Assembly (NCBI GenBank): GCA_030141605.1
Contig: JAQGDQ010000090.1
Location: 558,001 to 622,000, forward strand
DNA length: 64,000 nt
Source of the DNA: Tubiluchus corallicola
Lineage: Eukaryota; Animalia; Priapulida
Reading direction: 5' to 3'
Part shown: piece by piece, positions 37,566 through 51,010 of the stretch
Layout of the letters: each line of letters opens with the position of its first letter
Position numbering within the stretch: the stretch's first letter is position 1
Notes under the pieces: generated by a model
Told to the model about the DNA's origin: nothing
The model's database searches: none
What the model saw: the letters and a program-made list of their open reading frames with translations, nothing else
Position numbers and translations under genes: made by a program

Positions 37566-39189
37566 TTATAGGATCTGTAAAATATACGTACAGATCGGAA
37601 TTGCTTACAATGAGCTAAAGAACATAATGTCAGCGAGTTTATTCCCAAGCTTTCGGCTCGGCTCAGATTATTAGGTTAATTTCAATGCAACCTGCGTTGC
37701 TAAAGCCGTATCATTAAACTAATGGACAAGTTGATTAATCTCGCGTGCAATCACTGTCTATAAAGTTTCTTAATAAGAACTCATTAAGACAATTAACTGC
37801 CACGATAACACACCAAGTAAACGGCAAAATTAATGCGATTAATTAACACATCGCCCTGCGTTTGTATTTTTTGATTAGCTGCAGAAACCAATGTAGAATA
37901 ACCCAACCATTCTTTACAGATTTGTTTCCTGCCACTACACATGGCTTCACAAATGTTTTAGGTGACATTAATTATTGTAGACATACCGTATGGATTTTAC
38001 AGTACAGAAATACTGATATGCCTAAAAGGTGCGACCATTGATCGGCGAGCCTGAAATCAATGGTAAGACGCCGCACACCTTGATTACAAACAAGTTTCTG
38101 CTTGCTATAAATTCGCAGCATGCTTTGTTCTGAATAGACTTTTGATTTTCTTTCTATAACGATTAGCTAAATTCTAAAAAAAATCAAGACTAAGCGTCGC
38201 CCTTTTAGTAAAACTTAAGAATAAGATCTACAACAAATTCTAATAATACAATAGTTTGTGTCAAGCAAAAGATTTGGCAGTATAATACAACGGTTTGTTT
38301 GCAACAGTGATAGTAATATAACATAAATTACAAAAACAAAACGCGGCAGATTTCTTTGCTGTAAGATATAAGACTTTCTGCAAAGGAAATTTTGCAGTTG
38401 CAAGATCAAACGGAAAGGGTTAAACTAACTTGTTTTCGTTGTTTGCTGTTCGTGATTTCACAATCGAGCCTCAATCTAATTATTGATCATATCTCTCCTA
38501 AAATGTCTACTGCTCAAGTGTTGTTAGAATGATTAAGAGTTAACAATTTGAGTCACGAATGACAAGTACAAATTATTGTTCGTGTTTCAGACAAATAATA
38601 GGTCGTTGTTCAAAGTTTTTTTTCGAATTATGAATAAGGAAGAACAAATAACAAGCTGAATCGAATATAATTACCCCCCTCCCCCACAAACATATTCGTT
38701 TACTTATAAGGTACAGAGTTCAAATGCTGGTTTGATTTTAAAGTTTTCCCTAATCGGCTTACCTATTTTACAGAAAACTACAGACTTCTTTCAAAAGTTA
38801 AAAGTAAAATGCACAATTTAATTAGCTCAGACATCATCAAAAGAAATCATCGTCTCACCGTGATTGTAAGTTCGTCTGATGAAGTTCTTAACGAAGAGGT
38901 CCCTGATTGCTGACCCAAATCCACGGGATTTTTGAGGATTAACAACCTAGGTTGAGAATGTCGCGTTGCTGATAACAGAACTTAATTACTTTTATCTACC
39001 CGCTTGACTTTATTTAATTATTTGCGCCGTCTAACGAGCTATTGTAGCCTAAATAAACATGTTTAAAAAACGCAACATTTATTTATTGAATTTCAGTGCG
39101 ATTACAGAATAATGGTAGAATAAATTTAAAATAAATAAGTGTATTATTACGCTCTTTTTGACGAAAAATAAATAAAAATAGAAATGCGA

Positions 39190-39232
<43 letters not shown>

Positions 39233-39300
39233 CAGAGAGAGAGCGAGAGTGAGAGGAAGAAATGCGAAGGTTGTAGGCCTGTATATATATATATCCAAGG

Positions 39301-39634
39301 TAAAAATAATAGCATATTTTAATCGTATTATATATGTCGTTTTTCTACTACTGGATAGATAGTTTCTTCGGGCAGACAAGTTACTAAAGCTAAGCATCGG
39401 ATGCTCAGGTTGCTCAAACTGAGAAACGAATTTTTAGCTTGGACACCTTACTGCTCAAACTGAATATTCAATGCCGGACTTGAGTAACTTGTTTCCCTAA
39501 AACGAACAACTGATGCTAAAATTTAATATTTTCTTGCTCAACCTGAGAATTTTTATTGCTCTGCCCGAAGAAACTATCTATCCAGTAGTAGAAAAACGAC
39601 ATATATAATTCGATTAAAATATGCTATTATTTTA
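39301..39634. mobile_element. Young foldback MITE with about 74-bp near-perfect terminal inverted repeats
   Basis: 39303-39376 is the reverse complement of 39560-39633 with one mismatch. The spacer of about 183 bp has repeated TGCTCAA(A/C)CTGA motifs. Confidence 0.85.
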
Positions 39635-40989
39635 GAAAAATGGAAAAAATGTTGCAATAATCATTGCATGACCCCCGGACCATATGACAATTTTTGCAAC
39701 AATTATTTTTTGAGGTGTATATGTCATTATTTTCTTTGCAATTATTTTCAACGATGATTGTAACGTTGTAACAATAAGCCCTAGATTGTTAGCTTTATCA
39801 TTGTCTCGAGCTAAGTTGCAGTTTACCTAATCAGTAGGGTAGTATGTCTGTGCTGACGTAAAAGAATCCTTAGGTCAACGTTGCTGGATTATCCGCAGCA
39901 TACGTATGTAAAACAACGCATGAAGATTACTATAATAAGAAAAGTGAAATTATAGTTAGCCGAACATCAACTCTGAATGTCACAATTAGCGCTTACTGTG
40001 ACGTCACGTGAGAAACGATATTACGCCAACAATTATGCCAGAATAGACATTCTCAGTAATAAGTTAAGTTCGAGACTTCAAGTTAAGTATATTGTCATAT
40101 AAAATATACAAAAGTAAAACAAAATTGTTATTACTTACAAGCACAATAAAAATGAAGCATGATATGTGAAACAAAAATGTTAAAAAAATCGAGTCTATAG
40201 CTTAGATATTTTTATGTCATGGGGTGTTGAAGTCCACTGACTTATTCAACTTTTTATGTTGCAATGAGTAGGCATACATATTTATCTTATGTTAGTTGAC
40301 CATTAAAAATAGTAAAATCCGACTTAATTAAAAAGCATCATATACAAGTACTAATATAAAACTAAAAATGTTAATGCAGAAAATATGACAATTACAATAC
40401 AATCTAAAATCAAAATTTAATAGAAAATAAGTAAAACATTTTCATTTTCATAAGTGTGTGGCATATTTCAGTTTCAACTTTGCAGCCTATAATTGAGCTA
40501 ACAATTCTTTTGATGGACGCGCTATCACCCCCTCTAATACGTTACACTGTCATCAACAAAATTTTTAATTACAAAGTCTGAAAGCTCTTTGTTTTCTCAC
40601 AAAGCACTGGAAAGTTTGGTATCCATCTAGTCTTCTCTGAAGCTTTGTCTAGAACTTGGTCATTTATTTTTAATTGTTTTCAATTTAAACTTCTTCAAAC
40701 TGCCAACGTTGATTGGTTTCCCATTTCAAAAACAGTTGGTTGGTTTCGAAGCAAGACTGAATAATTGACCGAGCTATTTTATGGTAGTCTGTTACGCCAA
40801 CTGTCTGTTTATGACGCTGTTAACAACGAATTTATGTTCGCGGGCTTAATTCTGTTTAAATCCGTTTCACTGGCAGTTAGGTAACTCTTCTGCAGCAAGT
40901 GGAAGTGATAAAATTGCCAAGACATTCTTTTGCTGGAAACTAGAGCTCTCATGAAATGCCTTGATCTTAATTTTTTTCAGTGACTATAT

Positions 40990-41175
40990 TCACTCATTCA
41001 TTCATTCATTCATTTACTCATTTATTCACTCATTTATTCATTCATTCATTTTGTCCTTTATTCACCAATTTGTTTATTTATAATTTATTCAATTAATTAC
41101 TCACTTGTTTATTTATTTAACCGTTTATTCAATTATTTATCCAATCACTCACTCATTCGCCCATTCACTCACTCA
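40990..41175. repeat. Degenerate (TCAT/TTAT/TCAC)n tetranucleotide repeat
   Basis: Visible 4-nt periodicity. Confidence 0.8.
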
Positions 41176-41736
41176 TATAATGTTAACTACAGTTGAGTAC
41201 AAAATAGAATAGAACGCCTGTAGAACTAGTTCTACCACTACTGTAATATCAGTATTGTGAAATATCGCATTATTATGTGACGTCGTTATGACGTCAGTGG
41301 CCGTATAAAATTATAGTTAGATATGTAATTGAATATGAAATACGCCTTTCGCTTATGAACCAACATATGCGTAATGAGTGTTTTCCGTCCTCGAGAACGT
41401 GTATGGGTACAAAGATATTTTGCAACATAACAGCTTTAATTTCCTCAGCAGCACATTCTTCGTTGTGTTTCTTTTGTTCGGTACTTTTCTTCATATTTAT
41501 TTTACGTTAAATTGCTTCACTTATTTCATCTTGAATACAATAAAACAAGAACCCTTTCAATAACATCGATACTTTATTTCATTTTATTTTATTTTGCACT
41601 TCCACTAGACACCGAACGTTATTAGCTACATACCGTTTTGTAGATCACTTAAAATAAACAATGCATAATGTCTATACTTTGCGTCAAAATCAAAATTTTG
41701 TTCTTTACTACAGGTAACTAAAAGACAATTTGGAAG

Positions 41737-41895
41737 AAGTTTGCAATTCCTCACACAATTTAAATACCCTAGCCATAACTTCAACCCTAGCCCTAACACT
41801 AACTCTAACCCCAACCCAAACCTAAATCATAATTCTAACACTAATCCTAGTTCGCTTCACGAACTAATTAATTGCGTGGGGGGAATTGTAAACTT
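41737..41895. mobile_element. Small non-autonomous element: about 24-bp inverted repeats flanking degenerate (AACCCT)n hexamers and a short hairpin
   Basis: AAGTTTGCAATTCCTCACACAATT (41737-41760) pairs with AATTGCGTGGGGGAATTGTAAACTT (41870-41895). Interior has CCTAAC-like hexamers and the hairpin TAGTTCG-CTTCA-CGAACTA. Confidence 0.6.
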
Positions 41896-41946
41896 TTGCG
41901 GACATTCTTCTCAAGTCATAATTATCAAGTTTTGTGTATGTTTTAG

Positions 41947-42044
41947 ATGAAGCCATTGACAGGTCAAAAACTGTGTCTGTGATGTTAGACGGTGAAGAAT
42001 CAGAACTGACTCTTCGTGAGATGCACACACGTGATTTCGAGCAG
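41947..42044 (+). CDS. Rgk: RGK GTPase coding exon 2 (switch region); absent from the ORF track
   Basis: Acceptor TTTTAG|AT, phase 1. Translates (D)EAIDRSKTVSVMLDGEESELTLREMHTRDFEQ, matching the RGK 'KTVSVxLDGEESEL' strand. Donor CAG|GTACGG, phase 0. Confidence 0.88.
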
Positions 42045-43914
42045 GTACGGTGCTTAACCTGTACTTTCATTTCATAGCACAACCAATTTTATTCGTTTTA
42101 GTAAAATTTATAGCGTGCGAAAAGTCAATATATTCCAATAATTCATGAGCTATACATGTAGTAAACTTTTCGTCATTTCTTAATGAACACGATTCTTAAT
42201 TATTACTTCTATGCTTTAATGACTAACGCAAATTATGACGTCACACCTAGTGTAGCGCTAACATCTGGAAATGTCAGATTTTCCAATAAGACTCGGTTGC
42301 GTATTTCGCTGCAATAATGACTAACATCTTTTGTTAAAATATCAATAATGTGATTACTGCTGCATAAACTCTTTTAGCGGCTCAGCACTACAGTAGCTCC
42401 TAACAGACGCGGCTCCTTTTATCACGTTTTTTGTTACAAATGCCTCAGATAAGGCCAACCGTGTTACAGTAGAAAGGTGGAGTTGTGATTACACAAAATT
42501 AGTATTTTGGTAGCTAATTGCTAATGATAGGCGGTTACTGTTTCTTTTACTTGTTGTAAGCAAGTTGTAGTAATAAGGAACTAATTTTCTAAATCATTCC
42601 ACAGATGTGTAGCTAGTTGGAAAAACTGGACGTATAAGCGCTGAAAATCTTTATTGCTGCATAATATAGTGTAAATAGGTTTGTGTTACAGCTGGATTTC
42701 TATAACCTCTAATCGAACTTTCTCGGGGACTCTGAAAATAAATCTTCATTAACATTCTGTGGTCTATAAGCTACAGCAAATGAAGCTAACATGCTGCTGT
42801 TATCACAGGCGTCATTTAAATAATGCCTCTGGATGTCTGTTTCATCGAAAAGCAGAGTAGTTTTATTTCTTATAACGAGGCTTTGCATGTAAGCATAATG
42901 ACAGCTATAGACTAGCAGTTACGGCTAACAATAATGACTGCAGTACAATAACAATAATTAGGTAGTGTAAATGTAACATGGTCATAGGTATAATAATGAA
43001 CCACATTGCACCAGGTACGAAGATTCATCTCTTCGGCTTAGGCTAGGCGTTGACATATATTGGCTACTGATTTTGGGCCGTGCGTCACCGTCATCTGGCA
43101 TTTGCTTTCCGAATTTCAATTTAGAATTTTATTTTAATTTCAATGCACGAGTGCCAAATATGACAAAATAATACAAAGAAACTAATATATAATTGGTGCA
43201 GATATGTGAAATAAATAGTTAGTGAAATGAAAGGTATATTATAAAAATACAATTGAATTACAGGAACTAAAAATCAAGACTTGAATCTTGCATCGGTTGC
43301 ATTAAATAGGAAATAAACGGAATTTTAACTATATCCAAAAGACTTTCCATACGAAGTTATATTACTTGCTATTACGCTTATCTGTTAGAAAGATTTGTGT
43401 AACTGAGAAATAAGTTCTCAATAATTTAAAATGTTCACGCCAACTGCTAAAACGTCAGTGCCTCACTATCCCAGTGTGCAACAAAAAACGTCACTGGCTC
43501 ACCAAAAATAAGTTTATTCAGTGTTATGTTAACTTGCTTATAATTTATTGTTCAAAAGTTAAAATGGCTGCACCTAACTGTCAGCGCGGAAATTTAAGTT
43601 TACAAGTTTTGTAAAGCGTTATTGCTAAATTATATAAGAATTCTGTTTTTTCGTCCTTTAAATGTGTCGCTTATAATGAAATTTATATAGCATTATAAAA
43701 AATTAAACGCATTTTATCCAAGAAAAGCTATTGTTATCTAATAAAATTCGAAAGTGTATTTCGGGTATACCAACAAAAATTACTGTCGAAAAAATCGCTT
43801 AAAATTTTGTAGCGTTTTGCAAACGATTTTTGTTTGACTACGACCGACAAACGTCGTAAACGTAGCATTTCGGAGCTTATAACACGGCTTTTTTCTTAAT
43901 TCTTGCATGTAAAG

Positions 43915-44101
43915 GACATCAACAGTGTAAAGGTGCTCGTGGACGCTTATATCATCATCTATTCCATGACTGAAAGAAGGACGTTTGAACGAGCTGTTGA
44001 CGCCCTCTATTGTCTGAGAAAAAATGGCGAGTCAGTGAAGGCGACCATTCTTGTTGGAAACAAAAGCGACTTGGCAAGAAGCAGGGCAGTATCTCGAGAC
44101 G
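43915..44101 (+). CDS. Rgk: RGK GTPase coding exon 3 (G4 NKSD motif)
   Basis: DINSVKVLVDAYIIIYSMTERRTFERA...ILVGNKSDLARSRAVSRD. AAG acceptor, phase 0; donor G|GTATGT, phase 1. Confidence 0.9.
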
Positions 44102-45691
44102 GTATGTTAATATTATGTTACTGATGCTAGCTGGCAAAAAAAGCTAATTAAAAACAAGATTTCATTCTTGCACATCAAATTATCCTCATTTCAGTGATGG
44201 AGCTGTACTAGATAAAAATATAATATTCTATAGAAATATTCTAATTAGAGTATGTTCTAATAAATTACAATAAGATAGGTGCCGCCGGATAAATCAATGC
44301 GTAAAAAAGAATCATTTTTGGCCTATTAGAGACTACTGATAAAAAACGTAGATTGGAATAATGTAAAATAATGTAGATAAATAATGTAGAAGTAATAATA
44401 ATTTGATCAAATTATTTTTCTGCTAATCCTTTGCATAATCTGTACTTTTTTTCTGGTGGTCGTTTAACTGGTGATCCTTACATACATAAGTTGCCTTACT
44501 TAAGAGAGTTTTTTTATATTATTTTTCAAATATGTGCGCTAGTGCAAAACAACATACTTAATCGCCCTTTATTGCTAGACTACCCACACAAAGTAGTCAT
44601 TACAGACCACAACTATGACGTCAGCATTGGGGTTCAATGACGCAGACAATAATTGCGCAATTGCTCATAAAACACGGACTGTTTAATCATTTATCAAATT
44701 TTCCCAACAAAACTGGTTTTCACTTCGATTTTCTCTAGCATCTTCAGCTGCTGTAGAGAGCTAAGTCCTATCACTTTTTTCTCTTTTTTTCTACTTTTGA
44801 TTTTCTTGCGTCTTTGTTTTCTACAGGAATTAAAATTCCTTGTTCCCATGTGCTGCCATATTGCAAACGTAATAAATTGAATTTCAGGCGCATGGCGTGA
44901 GTTCATTAATTGATTGATTAATATTTATTTCGGCATGAAAGCGTAAAAACATACAATAAAATTTACAATGACTAAAACTAGAAATATTAAAAATGACTAT
45001 ATACAAAATGTGACTAAAAGCATCTAAAATTTACAATGTCAGCAAGAAGTTAAGACATTAATACACGATTTAAAAAATTCAGCTCAGATCGTTACTAATC
45101 TTAAATTAACTTCTCCTTTTCATGCATGTACGATTACTGCTTAATATCTATCACGTTTGTTTTTCATCAGGCAGTAAAATATCCTGCGCAAAATAGGCGC
45201 CATCTTGCTATAGAATATGACATCATATGGTATAGAGTATCGCTGATTATTATACATATGTAACTACTTTTGTGTATACTCATCATCTTAGCATTCATTT
45301 AATTTGCATATAGGTAAATTTTGTAAATAACCGCCGAGTTTCATAGTATTTTGTTAATTTCTAGTAATTTTATAAAAATTGTTGTTCATTTTTCGTAGTA
45401 TTAGTTGTAGATGCCGCTATTGCCAATATTCAATCAGTCGCATACGTTGTATAGGAGTGACTGGTATGCTGCCTCCTGGGCGCATTATACATTTCTTGTG
45501 AGCAATGTAATTTTACTTTGTATATATTTGTTGTATATGTTTTTAATTCGCAAATTAAGATTTTAGCAATTCTGTGCGCATACTGCATTCTATTTTAGAT
45601 GTATAAAAAACGAAAAAGTGAATTTTCTTTATGATTTATTGAATTTGTTTGTTTTTAATTGCCGCAATAAAGAAACTCGTTCATTTTACAG

Positions 45692-45954
45692 AGGCGTTGT
45701 CTGTTGCCATGCAATACGAGTGCAAGTCAATTGAGGTTTCAGCCGGCATAAATCACAAAGTTGACGAATTGCTAGCGGGAACTTTGAAGCAAATACGCTT
45801 AAAACAGAAGAAGCGATCAGGCGAGGACGTTTTCGCGGAAAGAGAAAAGGAAAAACTTCCGTGTTCGACCGGTCCGAAGTCGCTCCTGGATAAAATTTTT
45901 CACAAAAAATCAAAACATCTGTCAAAGTCGTGTGGAAATTTGAATATACCTTGA
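45692..45954 (+). CDS. Rgk: RGK GTPase coding exon 4 (G5 and C-terminal extension)
   Basis: Acceptor TTTTACAG. Encodes CKSIEVSAGINHKVDELLAGTLKQIRLK, a basic C-tail and KSCGNLNIP*. The cysteine is 7 residues from the end (RGK C-7 signature) and there is no CAAX box. Confidence 0.93.
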
Positions 45955-48900
45955 TAATATTGATGGGTTGATTGACAGGATAGATTTAAATGTGTAAAGT
46001 AATTATTGTTGCAACTGATCTTCCGAGCTTATGTTATATAACTGTATAATCGAAAGCTGTATTAAAAATTTATTAGAGGGTATAACTATGTATGATTTTT
46101 GTATAATGTGCTTATTAATTGATTGCTTATGTTGACATCATATTCTTTATAAAGTTGTTTTTATTGAGAATGTTGCAGGCATTACACATAAATGGCGAAA
46201 ACTTGTCGCAAAGGTACAACAATTAAAGATATACTTGTTTGTTCAATAGTTTCAATAGATGGCAACTTTGGTACTGGAAATTTTTCACATAGTGTATTTC
46301 TGGTGTTCTCCGACTAATGACGTTTTTATCATAGCTGTTTTTGGCCACGCAAGGTTAATTAAGTAAAACAAGGTAAATTAAGTGACGTTATCCGTTAACA
46401 AGAATGATGAAGGATTATCGGCAGCTGCACTTTGAGATCAGCATCAATGGCGGTTATGTGATCGTGTAAATTACCACGTTTTCTTTATTGAAGTACTCCT
46501 CTTCTGATATGATTAGGGGTTATTTTAGCACGTGCAAAACTTCCTTTGAAGTGCAGAATAACTACGGATGTGCCTGACCGTTTTCGTTAAATTCGTCGTT
46601 TGCATTTCGCTGCTGACCAAATTTCCAGTCCGAAATTATGTTTTAAACGATATAACTAAAGGAAGATAGGTTTTGAGTAGATGCATTCAATCATTACCTA
46701 CATTTGCACGATGCTACGCAGGCTTTAGAGGAGCTGGCAATAAATTAAGCTGCACAGTTAAGCAATAGCGAACACCTTTGATTGTAAATTAAAAGTTTAG
46801 CAGTATTTAGAAATTTTTGTAATATTATCATATGCTCAGTGCTCAGGCCCTTACATATCAAAATTATCATGCGACGTGCGGACTTTTTTTAATAAAATAT
46901 GAATAATTATGATTGCAGAGTGCCTCGGTAAAGATCTCGTATTTAAATGATATTTTGCATTTCTTTTTACTGAGTAAGACATTACGAAATTTCTTCAGTG
47001 TATACTTCGTCACTTGTACGTTTTGTTAGAATCTACTTTTGTCAATTATGGGCTATATTTCACCAGTGCACACTTTGCCAGTTGTACATTTTGCTAGTAA
47101 ACGGTTCGCCAGTTATGCAAGGAAAACATATACTTCTGATAAATCTACCTGGCAAATGGAGCTTTTGTTAGTTAACAGAAATAAAGTGTTTATTGGCGAA
47201 CCGATCATTGGGAAAATGTGTTTTGGCAAAACGAAACAGCTATAAAATGATACATTACAGACCATTTTTACTTGCGAAATATTCGCGGCGAAAATATTAA
47301 TGTTCTCTGCCAAAATGTGCACTGGCACAAATACTCGCGAAGTATATGATTATAACTCTCAGTTCAGCAATGCGTACACGTACGTTAATATAAACAAGCT
47401 TTTGGTACTTCCTTTATAACGATTACTTGAAATGAACTCATAATTTAAGACTATAGCCAAATGCATGATTAGTGAGCAGTTGTTTTAGACAGAGAGTCTT
47501 TGTACTTCATCAAACTATAAAAATGTTGTTTTGCACCATTCTTGCTCATGATGAAACTTTGCGTTCACTAAAGGATTACAAATAATTTGTTAATAAAATT
47601 GATCAAAAATTCAAGAATAGTTTATATCGTATAGACACTATACAGCTCAGTTTTCTACGATAAGATTACATAGCAATAATTAATTATAATCAGGTATGTA
47701 CGCCTTTAAACGCCATGTTGTTATTTGCGTTGGTAAGTTAAGATCACGTATTTTACGTTTCTCTTTTGTCGTACGTAATTAAAACTAAGGTACCGATACT
47801 GTAAATACCAATAAATATTTTCATGTTCCTGCTTGTAAACTTTATCTTATGTTTTATATCCCTTATAACTGATTTTAAATATAATTCATTTTAGGTTTGA
47901 ATTATTCAATTTTTACAACATTATTCGGCATCCTCCCCAACACAATATACATATTTATACCAAAACTTCATCTAGATATGTACATTACAAAATATACAGT
48001 ATTTACATATGTACAAAATAAAAAGAAATGAAAGTTAAACTTGTCTTGTATGGTTCATTTATAGAACGCTAACAGCACGCAAATTTTTATTAGCTAGTAA
48101 AAAGCAGACGGTATAATTTTTTTATACATCTATATTTTGCTCAAAATTCCTATTAAATTTTAGTGAAAGCGCCTCGAATTACTAATGGAGTTTTGTACAC
48201 ATCTAAAGATTTTGCAGTTTAATTCGTAACTCATCTGTTCAGCTCCAGCAAGTAGTAATTTTAACAAGTAATGGTTGTCATTATTACGCAGCCCAAATGT
48301 CAATATTGGGTCGTTATTGTGTCATTATGTGAATTATGAATTGTGAAATGGAAAAACATCGTCTTTATCATAAGATAAACACCTAGCCAGCCTTTGTGAA
48401 ACCCACATGAATGTAAAAAACCATCTTTTAATTTATGACTAGGCACATTAATCGCTGCGAATCAAGAAACACAGCCATTTTGCAAGAAAACATTTACATA
48501 TTGGTGAAATATTTTTAAATTATCAGCTCAAGAGCTCGAACGTAAAACTTCGCACAGCATTCAAGACGTGTGCACAAACCTTTACAGCGGTTACGCGTCT
48601 GAAAGCAGAATGTTGCACGTCACAAAAATATCGTGGCTGATTTGTTGTCTGCAAAAGAGAAGAAAGACCAAGCGAGAAGCAACATGATAATTAAATCAGA
48701 CCGTGCTTTTGTCTTTTTATTGTCCCCTGCACTTCTTTTCAATGCTCACTGATCACCTGGCTGCCAGTGGAATGTTCATTGTTGTCCTGGAGACAAATAT
48801 ACATACAATTATGAGGCTCTAGGCGACTAGCCTTTCTGCAACAATTGTAGTTATGCAATAAAATAAAATAAAATAATGTGTTTTGCTGCCAGAGTGACAT

Positions 48901-49089
48901 TGGAAAAATAACAATTAAACTCCTAATACCAAAAAGAAGCCAGCAATTTTATGAATGCGTCTCAGCAATTTACCCTTAGCGTTTTGGTAGGTTTAGCAAC
49001 CATCTTCTGCGAAGTTCAGCCGGTAGAACAAAACAGAATTGATATAATGAATAGTCATTAAACAGAGTAAGCAGTCAATACTTAAAATA

Positions 49090-49173
49090 ATTGTTGCTGT
49101 TGTTGTTTTTGTTCTCGTTGTTGTTGTTGTTCTTGCGGTTGTTGCTGCTACTGCTGTTGTTGTTGTTATTATT

Positions 49174-49204
<31 letters not shown>

Positions 49205-49260
49205 CTGTTGCTGTTGCTGTTGTTGATACTGTTATTGTTGTTGCTGTTGTTGTTACTGTT
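49090..49260. repeat. (GTT/GCT)n trinucleotide microsatellite
   Basis: Visible triplet repeat. Confidence 0.9.
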
Positions 49261-50983
49261 AAGTTAAGAAGAGGAAGAATGGTAGGACCTGGCTAAAGAT
49301 AATTAAAGACTACAATTTAATGCTTGGATATGCATGGCTATTAACCTAATTTGGTGGCCCCGTTTGTTTACAGTGTTTGACAAAATTTAATTATATATCA
49401 AACACCTTGTCTAGGGTCATAGCCATTTCATCGCCGAATGGTTTAAGACAAAGTTGCAATAAAGGCACATTGTCTTTATTTGCACTGCGCTGGCAAGCAA
49501 TTTATCAAAAACTCAAAGTCGGCGCAGTAAACATTTTGCAGAGAATCTTATGACTCTCTGGAGAATTTCTGTTTGACTCAGATGTCTCCGACGAACAGGC
49601 GTTGTAAACGACACTAAAAGGGCTTTCCATTGAGTTTTTAATCGTGTCTGTAAGAACGTGTTTCTGATAAAAAGACCGCGTAGGATTCCAGAAAGGTATG
49701 AACGAGGCTTTATACAAGCGACAAGGGACGCTGGTACAAGAAGAACAGGTCCAATCAATCGGTAATACTTTTAGTGCTAATCAGTAATCCCCTTCATAAA
49801 GAGAAACAAGTCTGATTGCCACGAGGTAAAACAATGAGCATTTTCAGCTTAAATAGTAAAGAGAGGACTCTGGGAACTGGTAGTGTAAGCAGGTAATCAT
49901 AGGTGACACAGGACCTCCTGGACCTTGTAACACAGGATTGCACATCTTGGGCAAAGTTGAGTTACTTAGCTTTAAGGTAAGAAATTATTTTGATAATGTT
50001 ATGTTTTTCCTAAAAGTTATCCAATCTAGACATGAGTTTCACAGAACAGATTTTTTCCAGAAATCCGTTTTCCAAAAATTAATACTAGATTTTAGTATTA
50101 AAGCAGCAAAGTTAGGTTAAAACGTAGCAATTGAACTATTAAAGTAACTAAATTTGTGTAAAAACACGGATTAGTTAAAAAAGTTTCTTAGCTGCGTCTT
50201 AATATTTAACAGGTAAAAATTTATCGAAAATAATTGATTTGAAACTTTTCAATTAATTAATATTTGTTTGATTGATAAACTCTAATTTGCGCCTGGTGTA
50301 TCAAAATTTTTAATGTTTAATCGATTTTGTAACTGTGATGAAAAAAATAAAGCAGTTTTAGCTTGTTTGTTGCATATGCTTGCATGGTACCTGCCAAACT
50401 TTCTCATATAGGTATTGTGATATAGCTATAATTATTAACTTACTAAAAGTTCAGCTAATTACTTAACAATTAATTAACGACCGCTAATTTTTGCTATTAT
50501 TAAGTGTCTATAATTATATATTAGATTTTGATTAACTACAACTGCATCATTTTGTTTGATTTGTTTACTTGTTAAGTTTTTTCGTCAACATTGTTGTATT
50601 GTATGAGTAAGCCACTTGTTTGAAACAAGATGGGTAAGTTTGTTCTAGGAATAATTCTTAATTATTTTTTTCAATAAGTTTACGATATAAATAACGCATA
50701 AAAAATGTTCATGTCTATGCCATGAATTACGAAAATTCCCGTGTGTAACAAAGCTTCCGCTAACATAATTTCACAGAGGTAAAAAAAATCGAATTTTAGA
50801 ATTTGATGCGTGAATTGATGAATGCGTGGACCTGCTTCTTTGTAGGTACTTCTTTGTAAACGCAGCAGCTAATACCATTCGTATGTGCAACAAGTTTCCC
50901 ATAGGAAACCGTGTTTATTGTCCTAAAACCACTTTCTAAAATGAAATCTTCTCTTTTCTAGGTTTAGTATAAAAGCATCAACC

Positions 50984-51010
50984 ATGAAGATGTTTTACTA
51001 TTTCATCCTG
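50984..51010 (+). CDS. ZP-domain (cuticlin-like) transmembrane protein, coding exon 1 (start of signal peptide)
   Basis: Acceptor TTTTCTAG at 50961, Kozak-like ACCATGA, MKMFYYFIL, donor CTG|GTGAGT, phase 0. It joins LAVAVA|QETK to make a complete signal peptide. Full join 50984-51010, 51890-52397, 53569-53759, 54644-54807, 55600-55760, 56279-56375, 57519-57681, 58233-58595 = 1674 nt, 557 aa. Confidence 0.8.

Noticed and set aside
38872-38905. Hammerhead-like CTGATGA...GAA motif
   Set aside because: The second box is GAAG rather than GAAA, and I cannot form convincing stems I and III.
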